This document shows positions 22,629 to 35,972 of a DNA stretch of 62,000 nucleotides, one piece after another. Source of the stretch: Wallemia ichthyophaga EXF-994 (taxonomy: Eukaryota > Fungi > Basidiomycota); the NCBI RefSeq assembly GCF_000400465.1, contig NW_008806285.1, positions 82,001 to 144,000 on the forward strand, read 5' to 3'. Numbering within the stretch: position 1 is the stretch's first letter; each line of letters begins with the position of its first letter. Below the pieces are notes generated by a model. It made no database searches, was not told where the DNA came from, and saw only the letters and a program-made list of their open reading frames with translations. Position numbers and translations under genes: made by a program.

Positions 22629-22813
22629 GGTGGTTTTGGTAGAAATAACGCACACAAAACAGCGTACACAACGCACGCACAAAGAAAAGTTTAAATAAAT
22701 AAATAAATACATAGCTGTGCATCCTCTGTGGCTTTCGCATCTCCAACTCTGCATATATCTCAAATCAGTTTCAGCCAGTCACAATTGAGATATTTGAAAT
22801 GAGGCCATGCAGG

Positions 22814-23806
22814 CTACTCCATCTCCTCAACCATCTTGGGTGCCTCTGCTTGGCCTACTTGTAGCTCGACATTGTCCAAAAAGTCATTGGCCACGAGGAA
22901 GCGTATCGTTTGTGAGAGGTAGCTTACACTCTGCCTAATCTCATCGTTGAACAGCTTCGCCATGAGATTTGGCTGCTCGAATTGATTTTTGTGCTTTGGT
23001 TTGCTGTCTGTGTGGTTTTTATGAAGGCGTGGCTGTGAGAGGAGATGGGAAGGCTTTGGTGGATGGGATGGAGGGATCTTTGAGGAGACACTTTCTGGTG
23101 CATCGTCAGCATCGTCAGCATCATTGGTAGCACCGTCGTTGTCGTCAGCCTCCTCTATGACACGTTTCTTTGGTATTTGAGACGGTTGAAATGCTTGAGA
23201 TGCTTTGTGATTAGAGCTCCCCTTCAAGCTACCACCGAACTTTGGATGTAGTGGTAGCTCTCCGCGCGCCTTTTTATCCTCCCGGACGCGTTCCTTCTCA
23301 GCGAGATTTGCTGCAGAAGGAAACCTACTCTTACGCTCAGCAATCCAGTCATTTATAGCCTCTGGAGTATCGAGCATGATATTTGTACCTTCGACGGGCA
23401 CGATAGGCTTCGCAGGCTTCGAAGCTCTCTTACGCTCCTCGTTCTCGAGGAAGCCGGGTGGATAAATGAGGTGTCTGTCCATCATGTGTAACTCTACTTG
23501 TTTCTTTGTACCCGAATGGGTACATTGGGTGCAGTGGTGTTGTTGCGGCTGTTGTGCTTGTGGCTGCTGCCGCTGCTTCTTTGGCTTGGACTGTCTACTT
23601 TGTCTACTTGGGCCAGCGTTTGCACCGGAAGCAGAAGGATAGAACTGCTGATTGTTCATGTAGCTGTAGTATCCAGCGTTGTATCCGCCGACGCTGGCTG
23701 TGTGTTGTGCGTGCTGTGCGTTTGCCTGCGCCTGAGCCTGCGCTTGCTGCTGCAAAAACCACCACTGATAATATGCGTTATAATATTCCTCGGAATTGGT
23801 GTCCAT
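22814..23806 (-). CDS. NUFIP1/Rsa1-like box C/D snoRNP assembly factor
   Basis: LDTPEAINDWIAERKSRFPS motif, C2H2-like CTQC...HMMDRH, C-terminal LSQTIRFLVANDFL. Confidence 0.75.
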   Translation of the reverse strand: MDTNSEEYYNAYYQWWFLQQQAQAQAQANAQHAQHTASVGGYNAGYYSYMNNQQFYPSASGANAGPSRQSRQSKPKKQRQQPQAQQPQQHHCTQCTHSGTKKQVELHMMDRHLIYPPGFLENEERKRASKPAKPIVPVEGTNIMLDTPEAINDWIAERKSRFPSAANLAEKERVREDKKARGELPLHPKFGGSLKGSSNHKASQAFQPSQIPKKRVIEEADDNDGATNDADDADDAPESVSSKIPPSHPPKPSHLLSQPRLHKNHTDSKPKHKNQFEQPNLMAKLFNDEIRQSVSYLSQTIRFLVANDFLDNVELQVGQAEAPKMVEEME

Positions 23807-23871
23807 TTGATTTACTTAAACTTGTTCAAGGATACCGCCATCATCTCAAGCACAAATATTTAAATTCAAAG

Positions 23872-26800
23872 ATGAGATCTCTAACGCAGTTCTCGGAATA
23901 TTCAAACCACTCAAATCACCACAATCCACTGCGCCAGATTTCTTACTGCCCAGATTTGGATGTTACATTCGGGTGCTGTGAGAAGAAGGCGGAATTCACG
24001 CTGATTGGTTGGAGCGATTTGGGTGTTTGCAAGGTGTGTATCCGTTGTCCCATCTTTTCCCCCGCTCAGCCATCTCCCAGCATCTCGCAACCATCTCCCA
24101 TAGTCCATCTCCGACTCCGACCACCACCGACTCCCAGCTTATCTCGCTCGCTTATCTCCCGGATGCCCAATCCGTCTGCATTCTATCTCGGTCTGGTGAT
24201 ATCTCGCTGATCCGATTGGCTGATTTCGATTTGCACCAAGACTTGGAATATCCCGTCGAACACATTGGCACTGTCGAGCCAGGCATCACAGCAGCAAGCT
24301 ATAGCCCTGACGAAGAGCTTCTCGTCATCGTCACTCTCAACGACGACCTCCTCCTCCTCACCGCGAATGGCTACTTTGATGTCCTCGCAGAGTTGCCGCT
24401 CAGATCCAGCGACTTTGGCCAAGATAAGAATGTGAACGTTGGGTGGGGTTCCAAATCCACGCAATTCCACGGCCGCGCTGGTAAACAAGCCGCGACTCTG
24501 CCAGGTGGTCCATCACTTGTAACATCAGAGCAGACAGAGCACACCGAGCACACCCTCGACTCTCAGCCTAGAGTGTCTTGGAGAGGCGACTCAGCCTTTT
24601 TTGCTGTATCTACCCTCGACCTCCTCGACAAAGAAAGCGGTGATGGGCAGGTAGAAGCGCGCGTGATACGGACCTATAGCCGCGCATCAGCCGAGTTGCA
24701 ATCTACCTCTGAATTCGCTCCTGGGCTACTGCATCCTCTAGCCTGGCGCAAGGGGCCTGGCGCTCCGACGATGGCGTCCGTGATGCGATATGGACAGTCT
24801 CCAGGCTGTGCCGAGGGCTATGAGCATCTTGATATTGTTTTCTTCGAGCGCAACGGCCTCAGACATGGCGAGTTTACCTTAAAGGGTATCGTGCAGGGTG
24901 CGTTGGAGGGAAAGAAAGATGTGCGCGTCAAGGAACTCGAGTGGTCCTGCGACGGAGTCGTCCTGGCGGTGTGGCTGTCCATCGATAACGAGGATGTCGT
25001 CCAGCTGTATAGCTCTGCCAACTGGTACTGGTATCTCAAGAGCGAGGTGCCTCTCCGCAGCGCTGGAAATACAAACAGTGTACAGGCGCTCTCCTTCTCC
25101 GACGAATCCCCTCTCAACCTTTCCATAATCCTCGCCGATTCCTACAGGAATTTGGAATGGTCATGGACAGTGTACAGCTCGCCCAACGATAGGCACGACC
25201 TCGGTTTGGTGGGAGTGGTTGATGGACATCACACCAAATTCACTCCACTCGGAATCGCCAATGTCCCACCACCTATGTCACTCTATCAGGTGCAAACAAA
25301 CGGCACACCCGTCCACGTGGCATTCGCACACTCGTCACTGGCCTTCCTCCTCCCAGGCGGCAGGGTAGAGGTGTGGCGGTACGAGCCTGCAAATGGCCAC
25401 GCTAGACCTACACACCAGAGCACTCACCAGACAGACGCACATGCGCGCCAGATCGCGTGGGTGGACGAGCACACGCTCGCTGTCGCCGGCGGTGAGCTGG
25501 GCGTGGTGGATGTGAGTGTGGATTCGAAGGAGGGTGTTTACACACGCACTAGTGTGCACAGCGAGGCAGTACCATTGCATCGGTCCCTACTCGTGCCTGG
25601 CCTGTCTGACACTGCTCTTTTGCAGGATGCAAATGCGCGTCTGCACACCCTTACCCTCACCCCCACCCCTACTCTCGCGGAACTAGATGTGGAGCTCGGA
25701 GTGTTCTGCCCGCACGTCAGCTACCACGGCGGCACAGAGCGCGTCGTCGCGCTATCCCCCACGGGCAAACTGTCTATGGGAAGTGTAGACGGTGTGCGAA
25801 TGACCCCACTCGCCACTAACGCCCTCTCGTACACACTCACGCCCGATTTCCTTATAGGCACCACGAGTGCGCACAAGGCCATATTCGTCGACTTGCACAG
25901 CGCGAGTGAGGCAGGCGGTGGTGTTGAGGAGAGGAGAGTAGAGAGAGGGTCGCGCGTAGTGTTAGCGTGTCCACGTGCAATGCGGCTCGTGTTGCAGATG
26001 CCTCGTGGCAATCTCGAGACTATCGCTCCGCGTCCGCTAGTCCTTCAGAACGTGCGGCGCGATGTTGAGGCGGGCCGGTATGGCGATGCGTTTGTGGCAT
26101 GTCGGAAACATCGTGTGGATATGAACATCCTCTTCGATTTGCAGCCTTCCCTCTTCTTCGACAGGCTTGCGGCGTTTGTGGACCAGATCAAGCACCAGGA
26201 TCACCTCAATCTCTTCCTGACGGCGTTGCGGGATGAGGACCTCACTCTGACGCAGTATGCGAAGCAGGAGCAGGAGCAGGAAAAGGGAGAAGTGGATGTG
26301 GGCGATAAGAGGTGGGTGGTATATCTTTCTTACATCTTGAAATAGATAGACTGACACAATATTATACAGCACACACGCACCCCACCGCCCTAACAAAGTG
26401 AACGAAATCTGCACGGCAGTGCGAGGAGAGCTGCTCAAGCGGGATTTAGTGGCGTACACGCAGACGATTATGACATCCTACGTCCGCATGACACCGCCAA
26501 ATGTCGAAGCTGCGCTCAATCTGCTGCACGAGCTGCAGAAGCAGAAGGTGAGGCGGGAGGTGGAGATGGAAGTGGAGCTGGGAGATAACTCTGGTGACAG
26601 CGTCCACGATAACTCAGACCTAACCGATCTGGTTGAGGAGGGAGTCAAGTATATAATCTTCCTCGTCGATTCGCGCACCTTATTCGACTGTGCACTTGGC
26701 ATGTATGACTTCGAACTAGTGTTGATGGTGGCGCAGCATTCTCAGCGCGATCCTAAGGAGTATCTTCCCTTCTTGCGCCATCTGCAGGGTATGGGTGAGG

Positions 26801-28047
26801 CTGAGCAGCGGTTCCACATCGATGACCACCTCGGCCGGCACGTGCGTGCAATGGGGCATGTGTACGCGCTATACAGGAGTATGAGCGATACAGACAACGA
26901 GAAAGAGAAAGAAGCGGCATTGTCGACATTCATCACGTACGCACAAGACCACTCGCTTTACAAAGAGGCGCTTTCGCTTAGCAAGGAGGATAGCACAGCG
27001 CATAGGGTGGTGCTGGAGGTATATGGGGACCATCTAACGACGCAAAACGAGTATCGGGATGCAGCCCTCGCGTATCGACTTGCTGACCTGCGCGAGAAGG
27101 CCTTGGGAGCTTATGACCGGGCACACGCGTGGCAGGAGTTGTTTGCGATGATGATGGAGTATGGTAGCACCTCAGACGAGCTCGCCGACGTTGCTTACCG
27201 TATTGCCGAAGATCTCAACCAGCGTCGTCGGTTTAGCGAAGCGGGTCGTGTGCTGTGCGATTATACAGACGATACACGTGCTGCCGCCGATCAGTATATC
27301 AAGGGTGGGGAGTATGCGGAGGCGGTGCGCGTGTGTGTGTTGAAGAAGCACTTGAACCTCATCAACACTTTCATCAAGCCATCTCTCATTAATGCGCACG
27401 AAACGGCCATGGACGAGGCGGAGGAGATGGACGGTCAACTCACCAAACAGATGGAGAGACTGGGCGAGTTGCGTATGGCGAAGAAAGCCCAGCCTGAGGC
27501 TTTCTACATGGAGGAACAGCTCGAGAACAACCCCGCATTGGATAATGTGGATGTGGCTTCGGATGCTACGACGGCAGTGACGCAATTCACGCGTTACACT
27601 CAACGAGCTTCGACATTTGCAAGCAGCGCGATGACGGGAGCTTCCAAGAAGAACAGCAAGAAGAGCAAGAGAAAGGCTGCGATGAAGGAAGCGAGTGGGA
27701 AGAGAGGGACAGTTAACGAGGAGGTGTACATCATGGCAAGTCTAAAGAGATTAGTTGAGCGTGTGGAGGGAGTGCTCAAAGAGGCAGGTGGATTGCTGGG
27801 ATATCTGTTGATTTACGGGTACGTAGAGGAGCACAGAACGCTAAAAGAAAGACTGGGGGATTTGGAGGAGAGGATAGAGGGAGCAGTGGGGGAGACTTGG
27901 AGGGAGAGTGCGGATGACACGGCTATTCCTAACAACATACCAGACACAGAGAGGATGGTGTGGGAGAGAGTGTCTAGCGAGTTGAGTAGAAAGTACACGC
28001 AGCCTAGTAAACCAGAGAATAAGAGAATAAATTGGAGAAGATTGTAA
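23872..28047 (+). CDS. ELP1: Elongator complex protein 1 (introns about 24034-24080 and about 26310-26368)
   Basis: MRSL start, SPDEELL, GWGSKSTQFHG, VSWRGDSAFFAV, FFERNGLRHGEF, LQMPRGNLETIAPRPLV, CRKHRVDMN, AQHSQRDPKEYLPFL. Confidence 0.95.
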
Positions 28048-28113
28048 ATAATTTTTAGATAGAAATTCACTGGGAATGCACACACTGAGGAAGGGTTAAG
28101 AAGACACCTCACA

Positions 28114-29850
28114 ATGAGCCTGAAAATACCAAAATCACAGGGAATAGACTTGTTTAAGCCAGGTGGCAAGCAGCTTTCTGGAATAGAAGATGCGGTAATT
28201 AGAAATATTCAGGCAGTCAATGAGCTATCAGAGATCGTTAGGACTTCATTTGGACCAAATGGTGGGGAGGTATGGGATATAATATACATAGGCTAATGCT
28301 ATACAGGAAAGAACAAGCTGATAATCAACCACCTCGACAGGCTATTCGTTACAAACGACGCAGCTACGATTGTCGAGGAATTGGAAGTTGTTCACCCAGC
28401 AGCGAAATTAATCGTGATGGCATCTCACCAGCAGGAGCAGGAGGTAATTGTACTGGTACATGACCTATATCACCCTAACACTCCTCAGGTCGGCGATGGA
28501 TCAAACCTGGTACTCATCTTAGCAGGTGAATTACTCAAGAAAGCTGAGAATTTATTGATAATGGGATTGCATCCTTCTGAGATTGTTCAGGGATACGAGT
28601 TGGCTAGAAATAAAGCACTTGAATCCCTCTCAGATCTCTCAAATGGAAACCTGGCTCTCCCACCCACAAAGCAATCCTTAGCAACCTCCATAAAGACTTC
28701 CCTTGGCTCGAAACAATTCGGTAACGAAGACTTCCTCGCTGATTTGGTCTCAGATGCTGTCTCAACCGTCATGCCCAAAGATTTCTCCCAATTCAATATC
28801 GATAACGTTAGAGTCGTTAAGATTATGGGCGGTAACCTCTACGAATCACGCGTTCTTAGAGGTATGGTCTTTGGTAGACAGCCAGAAGGCGTTGCACGCA
28901 ACGCAACCAAAGCAAAGGTCGCCGTTTTCACGTCAGGCATTGACATATCTCAAACCGAGACTAAGGGCACCGTTCTCCTCAAGAACGCTGATGAAATGAT
29001 GAACTTTACAAGAGGCGAAGAGCAACAAATTGAAAAGGTCTTGAAGGAAATCGCTGACTCTGGCGTCAAAGTTGTCGTTGCTGGCTCTCAAGTTGGTGAT
29101 CTCGCCTTACACTACTTGAACAGACTTGATATCGTCGTTATCAAGGTTCTCTCCAAATTTGAGCTCAGAAGACTATGTAGAGTCGTCGGTGCTACCCCAT
29201 TAGCTAGACTTGGCGCTCCTACCGCTGAAGAAGCTGGTTATGTTGATGTTTTGGAAACTACTGAAATCGGTGGGGATAGAGTTACCGTCTTTAGACAGGA
29301 CAATGATCAACTCACTCGCACTTCAACTATCGTCTTGCGTGGTGCTACTGCTAATCACCTCGACGATATTGAGAGGGCTATTGACGATGGTGTCAACATT
29401 ATCAAAACCTTACTCACTAAGGATAACAGATTCATTGCTGGTGCTGGTGGCTCTGAGATGGAATTATCCAAGATCATCGAAGATTTTGGTGATAAAACTC
29501 CCGGCCTCAACCAACACGCTATCAAGAAATTCGCTGAAGCACTCCAGATTGTTCCAATCACCTTGTCTGACAACGCAGGTCTCAACTCAACTGAAATTTT
29601 AGCCAAGCTTCTCTCGGCTCACTCAACAGATAAAGGTAGAGATTTTGGTATTGACATTGATGCTGTATCTGATGAAGGTATAATAAACACACTCCAACAC
29701 GGTATAAAGGACAGTTTGGCTTCCAAGTGGTGGTCAATCAAGTATGCCGTTGAATCTGCTATCGCTGTACTTAGAGTGGACAGTATCATCATGTCGAAAG
29801 CTGCTGGTTTGGCTCCACCTCAACAACAAGGACACTGGGATGATGATTAG
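28114..29850 (+). CDS. CCT8: Chaperonin CCT subunit theta (two introns)
   Basis: SGIEDAVIRNI, RTSFGPNG|RNK...VTNDAATI, VGDGSN, LARLGAPTAEEAG, DDIERAIDDGVN, end GHWDDD. Confidence 0.96.
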
Positions 29851-29902
29851 ATTATCAAAAAGTTTTATTGTGAATTCTTTAATAAATATTGTTTCTTTTA
29901 GT

Positions 29903-31105
29903 CTAAAAAGTACAATAAACCAAAGCGAATGTGAGTGTGGCCATAAGTGTGAAAGGTGATGAAACGTGGAGAGATAACCCGCCGCTGCTTGCCTTGTATG
30001 GCTCAGAAGTTGGATGGAATGATGCTTGTCCGAGTGATGTTGCATTGCCTTCACTCATTGTGTACTTCCAGCTCACATCGTCTGGTCCTACATTGGTTGG
30101 AGAGTCAGCGCACTTGATTGATACCGATTGAATCGTAGCCTTGAATGGACCTGATAGACATTTCATTAGCGAAGCAATCAGTTTGGAGAGTTACCTACCT
30201 TCATCCCAGTGAATAGCTCCACCGCCCCACTCATAGCTTCCCGGTGACACATCCTCAATCCCAGATGGCCAGACTGAAAATTGTAATCTCGAAGGTGAAG
30301 CTGGGTAGTGTGGCACCTTATCCCATCCCATAGTGTCAGCTTTATTGAGTGTTCGCACTACAACACCATCAATCTTCCACTCGAGTTTTTCTTCCGTCCA
30401 ATTTAAACCAAAGTCATGGAACCGCTCATCAGGATGAGGGAAGTCGTGAGTATCGCCCTTGGTGTAATCTGTTTCACCTTGGAAATAGTAATTGGACTGG
30501 CCTTCTCCAGTTTTTGCACCAACAAACTCCCAATCGATCTCATCATGAATGTCAGACATTAAGATCATAGTAGAAATAACGCCCTGGTTTCCTGTAACTT
30601 TCATTCTAGCGTTAAACTCTCCGTAAAGCATGTATCTTGTTGAGCTCAATTTCGTACCCTTATTATCCTCTGTCATTATCATTGTCAACATGTTATCTTC
30701 TCTAGCTATATCTCCTTTGTCGAGAGTGAAATCGTATTCATCTGCTTCTCCATGGTATTCATCTGGATTCTGCATAATACCCTTCCAAGCAAGTCTATCA
30801 AATGCGTTGATATTGAGATTCTTACACATGGGTACGTTCTCGCAAGCGTCTTGAGCAGATACGCGTGGATCACACCCAAAGCGACAGTGTGCATTAGTGT
30901 CACCGCAATGACCAAATTCTGTAGTGCGTTGCAATCAGCTAAAATACGCACAATCACAACACCCCCACTCACCTGAGCAACACGGTATATCAGTTGGACA
31001 GGTCAGACCTGTAGCTGCACTGCAACTACCACCATTGGCTGCTGCCGTCGTTGCTGCGAGTGCAAATAGAGCTCCTAATGAAAATGCGCGTTTAGCGTTG
31101 TACAT
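29903..31105 (-). CDS. GH16 Crh/Utr2-like chitin transglycosylase with Cys-rich chitin-binding N-terminus and probable GPI signal
   Basis: Signal peptide MYNAKRAFSLGALFALAA, CPTDIPCCS|EFGHCG...CRFGCDP, catalytic DEIDWEF, hydrophobic C-terminus LMATLTFALVYCTF. Confidence 0.88.
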
Positions 31106-31736
31106 ATTCCGCTTATGTCTGGTTGAGTTGATTTAATGAGCGTGGATTGTTTTGTTTGTGCAAGTAAACCCTTGATATATAGATATTATTCAAAAGCCTT
31201 TAGTCTGCCGCGTATGAGCCTATATTCATACCGAAGCTAATATTCGTGCACGGGCGTGCCGAGGTCATAGATGAACTGACTGCATTGGGTTGGTCATTAT
31301 TGCATCTCATTCAACTCTTTACTCCTCCTGCTTATGCCCACGGGAGTGATGGTCAATGTCAGGTCAAAGTCGCACAATCTCCACGCAAAGTGTCAAGTAC
31401 AAAGTTCTTTATTAGAATCACAAAATAACATATATTATAATTATAAAGTTTGTTTGTATATTGGGCTACAGAAGTCAACCCTACCGCACAGATTGCAGAC
31501 TGTTACATCTCACAATCCATAAGCAGCGGGTCCGGCTTTTCTCAGCTCATCTTTTATCTCTGACTGGACACATACCGATGCTCAATCAATTTGAGCTCAG
31601 TCGCAATTCTTTTCCTCAAGGGTGGATTTGCCGGTCTAAGTCATTTTTGTTTGAGAAGTAAATGTTGCGAATTTGTAGTACAAGTACACCGAAAAAATTT
31701 AATCCAAGTTCATTATTCCTTGCTTGGAGATCCAGT

Positions 31737-34700
31737 TCATGATTTCTTACTAAGAAGATCTTTGCCAACTCCCAGCGATCGCTTGCCTATGTTCGAAGCT
31801 AATGAGAGTACGCCCACAGAATCGTGAATCTCGCCATCTGATATATTCTCAGATGTCAGCGTCCAATCGTCATCGTTGTCATCAGTATCGTGATTTTCCA
31901 TGTTACTGTCGTCTTGTATGTCGTCGTGTTCTTTCGCTCTTGCTGTAACCACTGTCTGAGCGTAGTCCATATATCTGTATAAACATTTGATAGCTGTACC
32001 CTGAAGATTTATTAGCTAAAAAAATATACACCCAGGCGATATACCTACTACGCCATCTTCCTTTCTTATCTTCTCACCCACAGTCTTAGCATTCGCGATT
32101 TGCTTCTTGTCCGTGGTTGCATCCTTGAGAGCTTTAGACAGTGTGTCTACTGTAAGCTTGCGAACACTCGCGCCCAGATTCGCAGCCTCGACTCTATCAG
32201 CATTGAAGAACTGGTCACCAAAGAACGGCTTAATGACCGTTGGAAGTCCTGCTCTTAAACTGGCGCCTGTCGTACCACTACCGCCATGGTGTACAGCTGC
32301 ATCTATCAGCGGGAAAAGCTTGGCATGGTCGACTGTATTAATTGAGAAGATACATTTTGGTAGCTGAGGTTCTTCTTTCTTCTTGTCAGTGTGCATTCGA
32401 TCCGACCATCCTTTCGAAAGAATGGCATAGACGCCAGCGTTTTCAATAGCCTCCACTACAATTCTTGTCATCTCGTCCGGATCACTAACAACAATCGAGC
32501 CAAAACCAATATAGACTACCTTCTTACACAGTCTTCGACCTTCATCTACGAACTCGAGCATATCTTGGTGATCCTCCGATTCCAATCCCTTCCTGTTTTC
32601 TTCATTGTTTGTATTGAATGAGTCCATAAACCAGTAACCAGTGACATGGATCCACTCATTCCAATCAAGCGGCTTGGGTACTAGTGTTGGAGAGAAGCAG
32701 TACAAGAATGGAACCTTATGCTGTGCCAATCTTTGCAAATTCGTACCTTTCAGCCCCAGTGTCGATCTTCTCCATCTATTAATTTGTCCGGAGATAGCTC
32801 GCCAAAAGACCTGATCAAATATCGTGTAAGTCATCCAATTGTATGATCCACCCATTCGATGCTCGGGTACAGCGAACGCATGTGGATAAGCTCTTGTTCT
32901 TGTCCATGTCATAGTGAATGCTCTAAAGTATGGTATCTTGAGAGCTTCAGCTATGTGTATTCCAGCCATAGCTGACGGTGACTCAATCAGTACGTCTGTC
33001 TCCTGACAAGCCTCCCATGATCGTCTCAGTAGCTCGTCAAGCCAGTTTCTGAACTTGGATAGACCTTCCTTTAAAAATGCCAGCGTAAATGTACCATTCT
33101 CAACACAGATTTGCATAAGCTCGGCAGGATCTCCACCCACTTCCCTATGCTCAATACCAGATCCTTCGACCCATTCTTTGTATTCTCCATGCGTCGCTAT
33201 TCTGCATTCGTGTCCCTCTTTGATTAGTCCCTTGCACAACGCTATGTACGGTTGCACGTCACCTCTACTACCGATCGTGAGACATGTAATACGGAGCCGC
33301 TTAGTTGGCTGAAACGAGACTACAGATGTTGATGCTGATAAGCCATCTTCATCGGGCACAGGCGCCGTCTGTGATGGGCGTCTGTATGACAGCGAGAGAT
33401 CCTCGATGATTTGAGCTTCTTTAAGACCTTTTGAAGATTGAGTGTGTCGAAGAGCTGGATTCTTTACAAGCCTATCGAGCTGCGTGGAGAGTAGCTTCTC
33501 GCATGCGTCACGACGGTTAGCGGTGGTGAATTCAATGAAGAGTTCCTCGTGACCTGGACGTGATTAAGTATTCTGCTAACAAACGACAAAAGATTACTCA
33601 CGATGTATAATCATGATGAGACCATGGAACGAGAAACGAAGAGGTTTGTGAGGTTGAACAGCTTGTAAATCACTTAATGGTAATATCATCTAAAATATCT
33701 CAGTTTGTCAATTTTACTCCGTATCTGACCCACCTTTGTCTTGCCTAGCATCTGTAATGATCTAAAGCAGAGATAATTGTCCGTGATGTAAACTTTACCA
33801 GGCACAGGATACATTCTAAACAAGGCACAATTGAAATGACCAAGTATCCTTTCCTCGGATAAAGCAAAGAAAGCGTTGAATTTTTGCTGGATATCTTCCT
33901 CGGCTCGAAGCACATCCTCCGTGCCTTCGCTGTGCTCCAAAACAGAGAAATCGCTACCAACATCTTCAAACTCATCATCAGACTCAGCAGAATTACTTCT
34001 AGATCTCGACCTTTGAGCGCTCCTATTCGAAGGTTCTTCATATGTTTCGCATACTCTACTATTGGTTCTCATTAAAGTACCGCTGATAGCTGGATTAGGC
34101 AAAGGTCGCTGAGGTTGTTGGAGCTGTTGGGGCTGTTGAGGTTGTTGACGTTGCTTATTACTATTGCTATTAGCGTCATTGTTATTATTGTTATTTAGAA
34201 ATGGTAAATTCGGTAATTTAGGTAAGATGGTCGATAAGTGTGGGTGTGGAATCATGCGTGGAGCACTGTATACCGCTTTACCAACTTTCAAGCTACCAGA
34301 TTTGATCCATGAAGGAATTTCAGAGGTTAATGACCGACTTCTATCGCGGTTGCGGTTATGTGGCGGATAAGTATGATCGCTCTGTGCGCTAGACGCCGGT
34401 CTCGCTGTCATTTCAGATCCTTCAAGGACCTCTCCTTTCATCTTGGATGGAGATTCTGTCAAAGTCTCATTAGACAATATGCGATGGACATTCTGTCTAT
34501 ACGAATCTAATATCTGACGCAATGTGTTACTGGCAAATTGACTGTCTTTAAAGTGATCAAAGTAGTAGCAATCTGCACCATCCTCGTTATTTATGTAGCT
34601 GACCGCTACGCTATCAGCGAATTCCAGATTAGACGATCTTTCAACGTTGATTATGTGGTCATATGGAACGACAAGCTTGGACTTTGTTAGTGTTGAAGAG

Positions 34701-35922
34701 TGGAACCGCTATACCCACCTTGAATGATCCAGACTCGTTCTGTGATCTAAAGATACCCTTTCTAATCATCTTGACCCACTCATTTCTACCAACCTTGGAA
34801 TCAGCCACGAAGTTAAATTTGCGTTCAGAAGTGACGACAACGAATTCCCTATCACTATTCTTGACAGTGACGCTGCTGATAGCGTACCTGAGCGCTATGT
34901 TGCCGACTGGGAAATAAGGGTCCGTTTCGCTGCCGAACCAGCTCAATACGTCATTTTTCAGGGTAAGCCAGTATCTGATAACACGTCTCGTCCTGAGGGT
35001 GCGTTTACTGATTGGGCCATTTTTAACGAGACTATCCCTCGCAGGTGAGGGGACGTGTGCAAAGAAACACAAGAAGGAGTCTGTTGAATATAAGAAACCT
35101 TCTAGCAGTGGTCTGTAGCTTGATCCGAGGAGAGAGGATCTAAACTCTGCGTGAATTTCCTCTTCACCCTCCAAATTGAAGATCTCTGCCAGCTTCTTTG
35201 ACAATGTTCTGCGTCTCTGTGTGGACTTTTTCTTCAATGACTGTGATTTGCTCTTAAGTGCAGTGTCGTCGGAGCTATCAGAGCTATCAGAATCCTCTTT
35301 TTCAGATTCGTGAGGGGTACCTGTCACAGGTGTGGAAGTAGACGATTCAGCTTCTTGATGTTGTGTGTCGTTATGTACTGTGTTCAGTGAGGAGTAATGG
35401 TCTATTTGACGGAGTTAGACTGATTTTCATTTACAACGCCCGACTTACTTAGCACGCTATTGTTTTGTGCTTTATCCTCGAGTACCTCCTCATCATCATC
35501 GTCATTGCTATCATCATCAGCATGGCGGGCGAATGCCTGTATGACCTGTATGAGGGACTGTGTGCCCAAACGCATCTTTTTGCCATTAGAGATTGCCATA
35601 GTGCCAGTCGCCGTTAACTTACATTAGTATCACCACGCCAGCTTTTAGACGGCGTCAAAAAAGCCGAAGACGTTCCTTGCTGTGCTGAAAGTTCATTTGG
35701 GGAGGCTGTGGTATGTAATTAGCCCAACTTAATTATTCGCAGTATCCACACACTCGTTTGGAAGTATCCCTCGTTCTTGTCCTGCTCGTGGGGAACCTGG
35801 CGATCCTGACATTCCTGGTGATTGTGGCGTTCCTGATCCGTGCTAATGGACTGCGAATTGCTGGTTTCGGCCGTAGGCTGACTCATTTCTGCCGCCCCCT
35901 GCTTTTGCTCAGTTTCAGTCAT
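31737..35922 (-). CDS. ATG26: Sterol 3-beta-glucosyltransferase (PH/GRAM plus GT28), many introns
   Basis: PH region ETDPYFPVGNI, GRAM regions, LTIGSRGDVQPYIAL, GGDPAELM, HHGGSGTTGASLRAG, PFFGDQFF. Start MTETEQKQ inferred by splicing the upstream exons. Confidence 0.93.
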
Positions 35923-35972
35923 AGTATTGGGGAAACAAGGAAATGGATGGAAAACAAGTAGTTACAAATATG

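Noticed and set aside
24000-28047. G/C-rich, GT/CA-repeat-rich composition of ELP1 compared with CCT8 and ARB1
   Set aside because: Essential intron-containing eukaryotic gene; the difference fits expression-linked codon bias rather than horizontal transfer.
31200-31730. Possible small spliced gene between the GH16 gene and ATG26
   Set aside because: Candidate exons could not be joined to an ATG without stops; more likely ATG26 3' UTR and GH16 promoter.
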